A stretch of DNA of 64,000 nucleotides from a virus, in the IMG/VR virus record IMGVR_UViG_3300020472_000012, positions 32,001 to 96,000 of that record, one strand, 5' to 3'. The position numbers and the translations under genes were made by a program. Positions 29,867-39,443 of the stretch are shown here, piece after piece. Every line of letters begins with the position of its first letter. Positions within the stretch are counted from its first letter, which is position 1. The notes under the pieces are model-generated. The model had not been told where the DNA came from. It saw only the letters and a list, made by a program, of their open reading frames with translations, and made no database searches.

Positions 29867-31128
29867 ACTATTTTCAATACACATTAAATGATTTAGAACA
29901 CAATTCTGCAAAGAAAGAATTCAATTACATTACCTTCTTTGCTGGTGGTGGTGGAAGTTCTTGTGCATATAAACTTGCTGGTGGTGATGTAAGATACATG
30001 AATGAGTTTCAACAGATTCATGTAGATACTTACCTTGCAAACTTTCCTAATACAGTTCATGAATGTAAAGATATAAAACAAGTCACTGGTAAAGATATTT
30101 TAGAAATGACAGGATTACAAAAAGGTGAACTTGATATTATGGATGGTTCTCCACCATGTCCACCATTCTCTATGGCTGGAAAGAAAAGAGAAGGTTGGGG
30201 TAAAGAGAAAGTTGCATATGGAATGAAACAACAGAACATAGAAGACCTTACTTGGGAAATGATTAGAATCGCAGAGGAAGTCATGCCCAAAGTTATAGTA
30301 TGTGAAAATGTGAAAGGTCTTTCTATGGACTATGCAAGAGACCATCTTATTAAGATGATAACAGATTTTGAAAAACTTGGGTATTCAGTTACATGGAAAA
30401 TCATGAAGGGTCATGAACATGGAGTACCACAAAAAAGAGAAAGAGTATTCTTAGTTGGTGTTCGTGATGATGTATTAGATGCAATAGGAATGCCATTTAT
30501 GTGTTTAAGTGGATTGTTTCCAGAGACAACTCCAGAAAGAATATCGATTGGAGAAGCAATTGATGACTTAATAGATGATGAAGAGAATAAGAAGGATGCA
30601 GAATATCTAGTTAATTCAATGAATAATTCATCAAAGTCACATTGGATTAATGGATTTGAGACACATCCAGACCCAGACTATGCACACTGTGGCCCATGTA
30701 AAGGGTTAGATGGTGTTGCAGATATGATGGGAAATCGTCCTTACATATCAATAGGTGATGATATTGTTGGGCCTTGGTTTGAAGAACAAATAGAAAATGG
30801 ACACTTAAAAGAAGAGGATGCAAAACATTCTTATTATATGTCAAGAATTGTTCCAAAACATCTTCCAGCACATTCACTAACTGAACAAGGATGTCAAGAA
30901 AAATTTATGGGTGGTAATCACTTCCACTATAGTGGTAAGAGGATATACACACCAAAAGAAATGGTCAGACTTATGACATTACCAAATGATTATAAGATGA
31001 CTGGGGACTATAACGATAAAGGTGCAAGAATAGGTTTAATGGTTGCACCACTATGTTTGTACTACTTAGTAGAACAAATAAAGGAACAGGTATTAAAGCC
31101 ATGGAATTCACTGCACCAAAAGACTTAG
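29857..31128 (+). CDS. DNA (cytosine-5) methyltransferase
   Basis: Motif I FFAGGGG, IV GSPPCPPFS, VI ENVKG, VIII QKRER. Confidence 0.95.
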   Translation: MHMNYFQYTLNDLEHNSAKKEFNYITFFAGGGGSSCAYKLAGGDVRYMNEFQQIHVDTYLANFPNTVHECKDIKQVTGKDILEMTGLQKGELDIMDGSPPCPPFSMAGKKREGWGKEKVAYGMKQQNIEDLTWEMIRIAEEVMPKVIVCENVKGLSMDYARDHLIKMITDFEKLGYSVTWKIMKGHEHGVPQKRERVFLVGVRDDVLDAIGMPFMCLSGLFPETTPERISIGEAIDDLIDDEENKKDAEYLVNSMNNSSKSHWINGFETHPDPDYAHCGPCKGLDGVADMMGNRPYISIGDDIVGPWFEEQIENGHLKEEDAKHSYYMSRIVPKHLPAHSLTEQGCQEKFMGGNHFHYSGKRIYTPKEMVRLMTLPNDYKMTGDYNDKGARIGLMVAPLCLYYLVEQIKEQVLKPWNSLHQKT

Positions 31129-32102
31129 GTTTTGACGAAACCTTTGAACGATTTAATGGGAAGTTCCTAGATGAAACTTCTTATGATACTGTTGTATCTT
31201 CTATTGGAGTAGAAGAAGATATTATCAAAATCTACAAACCAACTGGTTCATTGTTTGATAAACCATTACTTGCATGTATAGTAAAGAATACCTATCAAGG
31301 TGACACTTACCATCAAGTTAAAGACACTTTGTATTCTATAGATGATACTTCTACCATGAGAGCAAACGCTGCCGGCCCTATCGACCACGAAGAAATGAAA
31401 GCAAAAGGATTGATAGAAGGTAAAGATTATGTTCTAAGAACACCAAATTCATATTATCCATTAAAGAAGAATGGTGAATTCAATCGTATTGCAGAAGCAA
31501 ATGCAATTCATTCTGTCTTTGCTGGATATAAGAGAGGTAGATTTACTGGTATGATAGGATTATCAAACTGGTGTGAAAAGAAATCTAATATAGATAAATG
31601 GAATACAATGAAAAAGATTGCAGTTGTTAACGAACAAGCACTTAAGAAAGGTTGTCCAGATATCTGGAAACTACAAAGAACATATGCAGATGAATGTATA
31701 GAAGAGAAGTATCATTTAGGTGGTGCTCCAATTACTACATTATCTGCAAACAAATATACCAGTGAAGGGACTGCAAAGATGTCTGCACATATTGATGGTA
31801 AAGACCTAGAGTTTGGTATGACTACAATGTGTGTATTCAGATTAGGTAACTTTGGTGGTGCATATCTAACATTCCCAAGATATGGAATTGCAATTGAGGC
31901 TGATGATGGGGATGTATTGATTGCAGATTCAAACGAATTACATGGAGTCACCAAGATAGAAGGTGATGGAATAAGATTATCGTGTGTTGCATACTGTTCA
32001 ACTGATGTTGCTACTAAAGGACAAGGTGGTAAATCAGAGAAGGCAATAGGACAACATGCAAGTAAGTATCAAGAAAAAGGTAGTCTTGACTCATTCTTAT
32101 GA
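31101..32102 (+). CDS. TET/JBP-family 5-methylpyrimidine dioxygenase
   Basis: SAHIDGKD (HxD), GGAYLTFPRYG, LHGVT, RLSCVAY; overlaps C5-MTase; ends GSLDSFL. Confidence 0.85.
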   Translation: MEFTAPKDLGFDETFERFNGKFLDETSYDTVVSSIGVEEDIIKIYKPTGSLFDKPLLACIVKNTYQGDTYHQVKDTLYSIDDTSTMRANAAGPIDHEEMKAKGLIEGKDYVLRTPNSYYPLKKNGEFNRIAEANAIHSVFAGYKRGRFTGMIGLSNWCEKKSNIDKWNTMKKIAVVNEQALKKGCPDIWKLQRTYADECIEEKYHLGGAPITTLSANKYTSEGTAKMSAHIDGKDLEFGMTTMCVFRLGNFGGAYLTFPRYGIAIEADDGDVLIADSNELHGVTKIEGDGIRLSCVAYCSTDVATKGQGGKSEKAIGQHASKYQEKGSLDSFL

Positions 32103-32260
32103 AGAAGATTTGGACTATATGGAAGTATGCAATAGGTAGTTTTTCAGATGAGAAAACAGAAGACTACGATAACCATGTTGCAATAATAAGAACATTTGTT
32201 GTTGGTATTAATGTGATATGTGCATTTTTTATTATGGCAAACATAATACACAATTGGTGA
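32099..32260 (+). CDS. Small membrane protein, 53 aa (not in ORF track)
   Basis: MKKIWTIWKYAIGSFSD...AIIRTFVV...IIHNW; ATGA-coupled to TET. Confidence 0.65.
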   Translation: MKKIWTIWKYAIGSFSDEKTEDYDNHVAIIRTFVVGINVICAFFIMANIIHNW

Positions 32261-32263
32261 TTA

Positions 32264-33058
32264 ATGGATAGATTATACATTCCAACATATGACAGAGTTG
32301 GTAAACAACTTGCATTTGATAGTCTTCCAAATAAATGGAAGGACAAAGCAATATTAGTTGTACATCCAGACGAAGTACATGAGGGTTATCCTACATTATC
32401 ATGTCCAGTTCAAGGGACTGGTATTGCACCAGTTAGAGAATGGATTGCACAACATGGTCAAGGAACTAGATATGGTGTCATAGATGATGACATAGAATTT
32501 GTATATACTAGAAAAGAAGACGAAGAAGGCCCAAGTAATATCAAACTAGATGATAACATGTTTGACTCTATGATTAATATCTTCAATGACTGGATGGATA
32601 TGGGGTATATGCACTGTGGAGCAGATGCATCTTGGAATCCACCTACAAGAGATAAAGACCACAAAGAGTGTGGTAGAATATGTGGTAATGTATTCTATGA
32701 TGGAGAAAGACTACCAGTTGATGATATAGACTGGACTGGATTACCAATTGCAGAAGACTATTATGTCACCTTACAGTTATTAACTATGGGGTTTCCTAAT
32801 ATGATATCTTATAGGGCTAGAGTTAATCCAAATGAAACCCAAGCAAAAGGTGGTTGTTCCACCTTTAGAAGTTTAGAGATTCATAATGAATCTATGAGAG
32901 AATTACAGAGAAGGTTCCCACAATTTGTAAAACTAAGAGAAAAGATTGCAAAGAATAGTGGAGAATGGTCTAATAAAGTGAAACTGGCTGCAACCATTTC
33001 ATGGAAAGAGGCATATAAGTCTTCTCAAGTATCGACAATAACAGATTTTATGGTATAA
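32264..33058 (+). CDS. TET-associated GT-A glycosyltransferase (GREB1/TAGT-like)
   Basis: IPTYDR, VIDDD, EDYYVTLQLL, GGCS; adjacent to TET and C5-MTase. Confidence 0.82.
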   Translation: MDRLYIPTYDRVGKQLAFDSLPNKWKDKAILVVHPDEVHEGYPTLSCPVQGTGIAPVREWIAQHGQGTRYGVIDDDIEFVYTRKEDEEGPSNIKLDDNMFDSMINIFNDWMDMGYMHCGADASWNPPTRDKDHKECGRICGNVFYDGERLPVDDIDWTGLPIAEDYYVTLQLLTMGFPNMISYRARVNPNETQAKGGCSTFRSLEIHNESMRELQRRFPQFVKLREKIAKNSGEWSNKVKLAATISWKEAYKSSQVSTITDFMV

Positions 33059-33059
33059 T
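33032..33059 (+). promoter_or_regulatory. Sigma70-type promoter (16-bp spacer, extended -10), leaderless
   Basis: TCGACA-N16-TATAAT with TGn; ATG 6 nt downstream. Confidence 0.7.
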
Positions 33060-33065
33060 ATTAAT

Positions 33066-33245
33066 ATGAGTGAAAATATAATAGAAATAATTAGAATGTT
33101 CCGAACTCTGGAAACAGAAGATATGGATGTAGTCCTATCTGCACTGAAAGAGATTAAAGACAAGAGGGATGGTGAAATTACTGTGTCGTCTAAGTCTAAT
33201 CGAAATGAGTTTGGAGTACCATTTATAGTGCCACCAAAAGAATGA
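33066..33245 (+). CDS. Small hypothetical protein, 59 aa (not in ORF track)
   Basis: MSENIIEIIRMFR...; ATGA overlap with gp62. Confidence 0.65.
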   Translation: MSENIIEIIRMFRTLETEDMDVVLSALKEIKDKRDGEITVSSKSNRNEFGVPFIVPPKE

Positions 33246-33619
33246 ACCCTTTCGACTTTGTTAATTCAGTAACATTTACAAAGGAAGATATCATGGTAGA
33301 TGATATCTCAGAGAAAGAATACGCTCCTTATATCACAAATAGGACATTATCCTACCATCAAGATTGCATACTCTATGCTAACGAAATGAATCGTAGACAC
33401 CACCTAAATAGTCGTCTTCAATTTCATTATTTCCTAAATACTCTTAGAAAAAGAAAAAGGTTTGCTAAATGGGCAAAACCGAATGTCTTGGACGATATGA
33501 AAGTCATCCAAGAGTATTATGGAGTCTCAAAATCTAAAGCGGAAGATTATATGAAACTTCTTTCTGCAAAAGAAATTGAGGAATTGAAAAACAGAATGAA
33601 AAAAGGTGGGAGACAATAA
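33242..33619 (+). CDS. gp62: Clamp loader small subunit
   Basis: PYITNRTLS, ANEMN, RKRKRFAKW, YYGVS. Confidence 0.93.
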   Translation: MNPFDFVNSVTFTKEDIMVDDISEKEYAPYITNRTLSYHQDCILYANEMNRRHHLNSRLQFHYFLNTLRKRKRFAKWAKPNVLDDMKVIQEYYGVSKSKAEDYMKLLSAKEIEELKNRMKKGGRQ

Positions 33620-33622
33620 ACA

Positions 33623-34021
33623 ATGAGCTACGACCTCTCCGATATGGTAGAGGTAGAGTTGAAAGAATCCGATGACTTTCTAAAGGTCAAAGAGACGCTG
33701 ACACGAATTGGTGTGGCATCTCGTAAAGAAAAGATACTCTATCAATCGTGTCATATCTTACATAAACGAGGAAGATACTATCTTGTACACTTCAAAGAAC
33801 TCTTTGCATTAGATGGAAAAGAGTCTTCTATAGTGGAATCAGATATTGGAAGACGAAATGCAATTGCCAGACTTCTTGAAGAATGGGGATTGATTAAAAT
33901 CATTTCCAACAATGCTGAAACACCACTTGCACCAATGAGTCAGATTAAGGTTTTACCCTATAAAGAAAAAACAGAGTGGGAACTTATTCCGAAATACAAC
34001 ATTGGTGTGGTGAGTAAATGA
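33623..34021 (+). CDS. regA: Translational repressor RegA
   Basis: DDFLKVKETLTRIGV, LYQSCHILHK, VHFKELF. Confidence 0.97.
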   Translation: MSYDLSDMVEVELKESDDFLKVKETLTRIGVASRKEKILYQSCHILHKRGRYYLVHFKELFALDGKESSIVESDIGRRNAIARLLEEWGLIKIISNNAETPLAPMSQIKVLPYKEKTEWELIPKYNIGVVSK

Positions 34022-34887
34022 ATGAACAAGTAAGAGTCATCAAGTTTACTGGAAAGAACAAAAACAAAGACAATGTTCCCAACATGGAGTTAAGGAACAG
34101 AGTCATGAGTAAAGTTTTTAACAGAACAGAAAAAGAAAGAAGAATTCTATTTGCAAAGTGTGCTCAAGCTGCATACTGGAATAAAGCAGATGGAAAAGAA
34201 TTTGGTAAACAGTTTGGATGGAAAGCACATCAGTATATCGATATTGAAGGTGCTCAAGTTCATATTTGGCATGATGCAGAAGACTTAATCATTGCAGCGA
34301 GAGGTACAGAACCTACTCAGATGAATGATATCTATGCAGATTTAGAAATATTCAAATCCGACTCATTCACTGGAGTTGGTCAAATCCATCAAGGATTTAG
34401 AGAAGAAGTAGATAAAGTTTGGGACTCAATTCTTTCCAGAGTAGAAAAGTATGGAAGGAAAGGTAGAGTTGCAAAGAAAATTTGGGTAACAGGACACTCG
34501 CTCGGTGGTGCAATGGCAACACTTATTGCATCTCGTCTTGAGTATGTGAATAAATATGATGTAGATACACTCTACACTTATGGTTCACCTAGAGCGGGTG
34601 GCCCTAAGTTTGCCAAATGGTGCAATACTCATTTGAACCACCAAAGGTTTGTAAACAACAATGATGTTGTACCTTGTGTTCCTTCTGTATTCAGATGGAG
34701 ACACAATGGAAGATGCAAGTACATCAAGTCTGATGGAACAGTAACAGACTTAGGAAGATGGTCGATGGAAAGAATCAAGGACAAAGGGTGGGGACTATTA
34801 ACAACAATAATAAAAGGAAGATTAGACTTTGTTGCAGACCATAATATAGTTGACTATATTAAACATCTGGAAAAGGATAATGCATGA
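34018..34887 (+). CDS. Class 3 lipase (alternative start 34105)
   Basis: RGT, TGHSLGG, YTYGSPR, NNDVVP, DH. Confidence 0.92.
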   Translation: MNEQVRVIKFTGKNKNKDNVPNMELRNRVMSKVFNRTEKERRILFAKCAQAAYWNKADGKEFGKQFGWKAHQYIDIEGAQVHIWHDAEDLIIAARGTEPTQMNDIYADLEIFKSDSFTGVGQIHQGFREEVDKVWDSILSRVEKYGRKGRVAKKIWVTGHSLGGAMATLIASRLEYVNKYDVDTLYTYGSPRAGGPKFAKWCNTHLNHQRFVNNNDVVPCVPSVFRWRHNGRCKYIKSDGTVTDLGRWSMERIKDKGWGLLTTIIKGRLDFVADHNIVDYIKHLEKDNA

Positions 34888-34890
34888 TAA

Positions 34891-35265
34891 ATGAAGTGGT
34901 TATTGACAGTTTTATTTTTTATGTCAGCTGCGGGCTCGTGTGATGCAGCCATAAAAGAGTGGACTGAAAAAGAAAGAAAACTCTATCATTCATACCTAAC
35001 ATTATCAGCAATCGACACATATCAAACATTTAAAATGATTGATTGTCAGAAACAACCATCTTGTCCTTTTGTAGAAATGAATCCTATAATAGGCAGTCAT
35101 CCATCTAAAGAAAGATTATTGGCTGTTAAGTTTATAGGTAATGCAGTAATCTATAAACTGTTAGACAACAATGCTAACGACAGAGAATTTGCATTAAAGT
35201 TAATGAATGGTCTACAAGGATTCGTAGTAACTCACAATGGTATTTACTACATGAGAAGGTTTTAA
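34891..35265 (+). CDS. Hypothetical exported/membrane protein
   Basis: Signal peptide; D..T...EMNPIIG. Confidence 0.7.
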   Translation: MKWLLTVLFFMSAAGSCDAAIKEWTEKERKLYHSYLTLSAIDTYQTFKMIDCQKQPSCPFVEMNPIIGSHPSKERLLAVKFIGNAVIYKLLDNNANDREFALKLMNGLQGFVVTHNGIYYMRRF

Positions 35266-35532
35266 ATGTATACATTATTAATACTAACACTTAAATCAAT
35301 CCTATCATCAGTTATAGGAAGTTCTTTCTATAGGTGGTTTCAAACAACAAATTTTGGTATATGGTTCCAAGTTAAACTCGAACAATTCATGTCTTATTTG
35401 TCCGATAAATATGATATAGAACTTGCAAAAAAAGAAGCAAAGTGGAGACAGGATTATCCATTACTTTCTGCAAGAATTGATAAGATGGATAAACGAATTA
35501 AGGAACTAGAAAATGGCAAAAAAACCAGTTGA
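35266..35532 (+). CDS. Hypothetical membrane-anchored protein
   Basis: Hydrophobic N-terminus, C-terminal coiled coil. Confidence 0.7.
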   Translation: MYTLLILTLKSILSSVIGSSFYRWFQTTNFGIWFQVKLEQFMSYLSDKYDIELAKKEAKWRQDYPLLSARIDKMDKRIKELENGKKTS

Positions 35533-36517
35533 CCACTTCAACACTGGGATGTGGACATCCCCTTGGCAACAAGTAAAATCTCTTTGGAACATATCAACCT
35601 CACGAACAAGACCAGACTACAGTCTGGAAGTATTTGGTGATGTTGCATCACAATTCTTTGGTGTTGGTGCATTAGAAAGTAGAAAGTTAGTATACAAATG
35701 GGCAACTAATCCAGAAACAAGACCTATAACAGATGGACATTGGTTACACTCAGAACTATTATGTGACCCAGATTTCCTACAATCTTGTCCAGAAGGTTCT
35801 CTAGGACATGGGTATATGCAGTTTATGGAGTTCTGGCAACCCATCTATGCAAAGGAAGGAGTTGAAGGTGCATATGGTAAGCCTTGGTATAGTGCAAGAC
35901 ACTTTGCAGATGTATCCCACAATCAAGTTAAGAAACGCAAACAAAACAAATTCAGTCCAGACCTTTCAAAACATATTGCAAAAAAAGAACTAAACTACTA
36001 TCTTAGTAACCCTAGAGTACATCCAGATATGAAAAGGGATGTAGAAAATCTAGGAATGTCAAAGGCTTTGAGAATCAGAGTTGGAGATAGACTGATGGGG
36101 ATGCATGACATGTATCATATTTTACTAGGATTTGGTAGAGACCAATTAGGTGAAATGTTAATTCTATGTTGGAATGCAGTGCATTCTGGATATACTGGAT
36201 TACATGTAATCACTTGGTTAACTGCATTTAGAGAATCAATTAAACATAGAACATGGGAACCTCTTAGAATGAGAACCGAAGCATATGAAAATGCAAAAAA
36301 ATCTAAGAACTTATTAGAAGTAAACTATGAAGAAGCACTTCTAACAGACCTAACAAAGTTAAGAAGAAAGTTGGGTATTAAGATGAATAAGTCCTATCAA
36401 AAATTTACTGGTGTAAGACATTATAATACTATTCCATCTAAACAATATAAGATGGAGAGTTGGGAAGAAGGAACTAGACTATATCAGTGTAGTCAAGAGG
36501 GCGATTCGTATAAATAA
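35513..36517 (+). CDS. Coq4-family protein (second copy)
   Basis: CPEGSLGHGYMQFM, HDMYHILLGFGRDQLGE, LRRKLGI. Confidence 0.82.
   Translation: MAKKPVDHFNTGMWTSPWQQVKSLWNISTSRTRPDYSLEVFGDVASQFFGVGALESRKLVYKWATNPETRPITDGHWLHSELLCDPDFLQSCPEGSLGHGYMQFMEFWQPIYAKEGVEGAYGKPWYSARHFADVSHNQVKKRKQNKFSPDLSKHIAKKELNYYLSNPRVHPDMKRDVENLGMSKALRIRVGDRLMGMHDMYHILLGFGRDQLGEMLILCWNAVHSGYTGLHVITWLTAFRESIKHRTWEPLRMRTEAYENAKKSKNLLEVNYEEALLTDLTKLRRKLGIKMNKSYQKFTGVRHYNTIPSKQYKMESWEEGTRLYQCSQEGDSYK
36509..36516 (+). promoter_or_regulatory. T4-type late promoter TATAAATA
   Basis: 9 nt before ATG 36526. Confidence 0.75.
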
Positions 36518-36525
36518 TACTTACG

Positions 36526-36765
36526 ATGCCAGTAAAGTATAAAACAGCACATAGAACGATAGATAGGATGACCAAAAGAGAGGTCATGAACTATTATCAT
36601 ATGAAGTGCCAGAGTTTGAATGAGTTGTTGAAATGTTTTAATGATGAAAACACAAAACCAAAACTCAGACAAAAAGTGAAGAATGAATTAGTGAGAAGAC
36701 AAAAAATTGGTCTTATCAGATTACAGATGAGAAACAGTGAAGGCGTCGTCTCTGAGTTCAAATAA
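36526..36765 (+). CDS. Small basic hypothetical protein
   Basis: ORF after late promoter. Confidence 0.7.
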   Translation: MPVKYKTAHRTIDRMTKREVMNYYHMKCQSLNELLKCFNDENTKPKLRQKVKNELVRRQKIGLIRLQMRNSEGVVSEFK

Positions 36766-36778
36766 TCGAGGTAGATAT

Positions 36779-36937
36779 ATGGACTGGTTAAAAAGCAGAT
36801 TGTCAGAAGCTTCCACTTTAGATGGTGGAGTTATCTTGGCATTATCACTTGGTATCCTGTTCTTAGGCCCAATCCTTAAATACTTAGCATATGCTGGAGT
36901 ATTATATGGTGGTTGGAAAATGCTTAAGAAAGGGTAA
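36779..36937 (+). CDS. Small two-TM, holin-like protein
   Basis: MDWLKSRLSEASTLDG, two TM helices, basic C-terminus; GAGG RBS. Confidence 0.6.
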   Translation: MDWLKSRLSEASTLDGGVILALSLGILFLGPILKYLAYAGVLYGGWKMLKKG

Positions 36938-36971
36938 CCCAATGCTCTAAACGAGAGAAGAATCGTAACGA

Positions 36972-36999
36972 AAGACCCACCTATAAGGTGGGTTTTTTT
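36972..36999 (+). terminator. Rho-independent terminator
   Basis: ACCCACC-tataa-GGTGGGT then T run. Confidence 0.88.
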
Positions 37000-37006
37000 A
37001 TAAATA
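36999..37006 (+). promoter_or_regulatory. T4-type late promoter TATAAATA
   Basis: 10 nt before iscA ATG. Confidence 0.75.
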
Positions 37007-37016
37007 TCTCATGTAG

Positions 37017-37346
37017 ATGAACATCGAACTTACCGATAAAGCAATCCAAAAACTTATGGAAAAGACCTGTGATATGGGACTTTCGCATGCTGTACGCATC
37101 GGTATTACTGGTGGTGGATGTGGTGGATTTGAATATATATTCGATTTTTTAGAACACCAACCAGCAAAGGATGATGATATTGTATTAGATTATGGAAAGT
37201 TTTTTATACATATTGACCCTGTATCTGCACCTTATCTAGATGGTCTTACTCTAGACCATACACGAAATGGACTTAATGAAGGATTCGAGTTTTTTAATCC
37301 AAATGTGAAAAACACATGTGGATGTGGCGTTTCTGTCACATTCTAA
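37017..37346 (+). CDS. iscA: Fe-S cluster A-type carrier (IscA/SufA/HesB)
   Basis: GGCGG, FFNPN, CGCGVS. Confidence 0.93.
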   Translation: MNIELTDKAIQKLMEKTCDMGLSHAVRIGITGGGCGGFEYIFDFLEHQPAKDDDIVLDYGKFFIHIDPVSAPYLDGLTLDHTRNGLNEGFEFFNPNVKNTCGCGVSVTF

Positions 37347-37357
37347 GACCCCTTTTG

Positions 37358-37365
37358 TATAAATA
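37358..37365 (+). promoter_or_regulatory. T4-type late promoter TATAAATA heading the curli-like operon
   Basis: Exact consensus, AGGAG RBS downstream. Confidence 0.8.
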
Positions 37366-37390
37366 CTAATGATATATTGAAGGAGAGATT

Positions 37391-37705
37391 ATGTCTTTTA
37401 TTGAATTTGTGACCGATGTGGGCGTCCCCATTGGGGGTGCTGTAGTCATGGGATTTTTTATCTTCATGGTACTTAAACAAATATTTGAGGGTATCATAGA
37501 TGATATAAGGACTCTAACTGGATTTTGTAAGATGTTAGAGGACAGAGCAAGAGTTGGTTGTAATGAACTGGTGAAGATAGACCTATTGGTAAGTAGTGCA
37601 TTAGATTTAACACCACCAGTCGATAGAGTGGCTAGAGCAGAAAATTTCAGAACTGATGACAAAGGTAATCCACAAAATGTTAAACTTGATGTGAGGAGAG
37701 ACTAA
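37391..37705 (+). CDS. TM + coiled-coil protein
   Basis: DVGVPIGGAVVMGFFIF TM; paralogous to next gene. Confidence 0.8.
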   Translation: MSFIEFVTDVGVPIGGAVVMGFFIFMVLKQIFEGIIDDIRTLTGFCKMLEDRARVGCNELVKIDLLVSSALDLTPPVDRVARAENFRTDDKGNPQNVKLDVRRD

Positions 37706-38016
37706 TGGAAACATTGGCAGATGCTATCTCACAATTTGGGTTCCCTGTTGTTATGGCTGCGGGAATGGGTTACTTTATCTATTTTATCTGGAGATTTGTA
37801 ACAGATAAGATAGAACCAGAACTTGAAAAGATGCATTTTGCATTAATCAAGTGCATCGATGCAAATAGAATGTTAGATAATGATATGATTCGTCTTCAAC
37901 AAAAAGTAAATGTTGTACTTGAGTACAGAGAAAGGCAAGATGTTCTTGCAGACGCAGAAGAAAAAGAAGCACTTGCAGAGGTAAAGAAGAATGAAAGAGG
38001 GAAAAGTAAGAAGTAG
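37705..38016 (+). CDS. TM + coiled-coil protein
   Basis: QFGFPVVMAAGMGYFIYFIW TM; RMLDNDMIRL. Confidence 0.8.
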   Translation: METLADAISQFGFPVVMAAGMGYFIYFIWRFVTDKIEPELEKMHFALIKCIDANRMLDNDMIRLQQKVNVVLEYRERQDVLADAEEKEALAEVKKNERGKSKK

Positions 38017-38521
38017 AATAGAATTAATAACCTTACTGGGCATATTTGTAATATCATTATTTGGATTGACACCAAAAGCATATGGTGATGAACTTACACA
38101 AAAGTTTAAAAATCCTAGCTTTAGTGGGATAGGAACATCGGCACACTATCTTACAATTGACAATCAAGAAAAAGCAAGAAGAGATAAGATAAAAGAAGAC
38201 ATCGAGGCTGCACTTCTGGCTGCTGAAAGAGCAGAAGATAATACAGTCCTTGCAAAATTCATCAGAAATTTAGAAAGCAGAATTTATTCACAATTAAGTA
38301 AACAGTTGGTAGAGTCATTATTCAGTAATGAAGATGGTGCATCATTTGGTAGTTTCACTTTAGAAGATTCGGTTATAACATACGAAAGAAGAACATGTAT
38401 CGTAGGTGTTGATGCTGGTTGTACAGAAGGTCAAGAAATAATTGTTCTAAACATAACTAATTCTGATGGTTCAACAACAACTATCTCAATTCCTATTGGA
38501 GTAGGAAACTGGGGTGGATAA
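37991..38521 (+). CDS. csgF: Curli assembly protein CsgF-like
   Basis: Signal peptide then ELTQKFKNPSFSG; F..NLESRIYSQLS. Confidence 0.85.
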   Translation: MKEGKVRSRIELITLLGIFVISLFGLTPKAYGDELTQKFKNPSFSGIGTSAHYLTIDNQEKARRDKIKEDIEAALLAAERAEDNTVLAKFIRNLESRIYSQLSKQLVESLFSNEDGASFGSFTLEDSVITYERRTCIVGVDAGCTEGQEIIVLNITNSDGSTTTISIPIGVGNWGG

Positions 38522-39443
38522 TCAAAGAAAAAATCTTTTAATAGCATTATCTGGACTTTTATTAATGTCTGGATGTGCATCTATGGTATCTCCTGGCGGG
38601 TTGTCAGACAGTAATTGTATAGAATTTATCGAATGTGTTGAAGAACCAGAAATAGTGGAACTTCCTACACATGAACAATTATTAAGTCTACCACCAGCAG
38701 ATAAGAAACCAATAGTTGCAGTATACTCTTTCCCAGATAAGACTGGACAAAGAAAACAAAAAGATTCTGCAGCCTTATTCTCCACAGCAGTAACTCAAGG
38801 TGGTGAGACAATGTTAATAGATGCATTGAAAACTGCTGGTAATGGAACATGGTTTAGGGTTGTAGAAAGAGTTGGGGTTGACCACTTAACTCGTGAAAGG
38901 CAAATAGTAAGAACAACAAGAGAGCAATACAATGAAGACAAGACTGGTCTTGCACCATTGTTATTTGCTGGAATGATTTTAGAGGGTGGTATCATAGGCT
39001 ATGACACCAATCTCGAAACTGGCGGTTGGGGTGCGAGGACATTAGGCATCGGCAGTCAGCAGCAATATCGAAGGGATATAGTTACCATTTCGTTAAGAGC
39101 GGTATCTGTATTAACTGGAGAGATATTACTCAATGTCCAGACTTCAAAAACCATTTTATCTGTCGCAGGTGGTTTCGATGTCTTTAAATTTATTGATATG
39201 GATACTCAACTTGTAGAAGTTGAGAATGGAATGACAGAAAATGAATCAATAACTCGTTCAGTTAGAAGTGCCATTGAGAAAGCAGTTTTAGAACTAATTT
39301 ATCAAGGGGATGAAAAGGGTTATTGGAAAATAAATTGGCCTACAAATAAGATAATCGAAGGCAAAGTTGAAGAGTTAGTAGACGATGCAGAGATTATTGT
39401 AGTAGGTGAAGAAGAGGAAAATACAAATGAAAATGATAAATAA
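38514..39443 (+). CDS. csgG: Curli secretion channel CsgG (lipoprotein)
   Basis: Lipobox LMSGC, VAVYSFPDKTGQRK, FSTAVTQG, WFRVVER. Confidence 0.93.
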   Translation: MDNQRKNLLIALSGLLLMSGCASMVSPGGLSDSNCIEFIECVEEPEIVELPTHEQLLSLPPADKKPIVAVYSFPDKTGQRKQKDSAALFSTAVTQGGETMLIDALKTAGNGTWFRVVERVGVDHLTRERQIVRTTREQYNEDKTGLAPLLFAGMILEGGIIGYDTNLETGGWGARTLGIGSQQQYRRDIVTISLRAVSVLTGEILLNVQTSKTILSVAGGFDVFKFIDMDTQLVEVENGMTENESITRSVRSAIEKAVLELIYQGDEKGYWKINWPTNKIIEGKVEELVDDAEIIVVGEEEENTNENDK

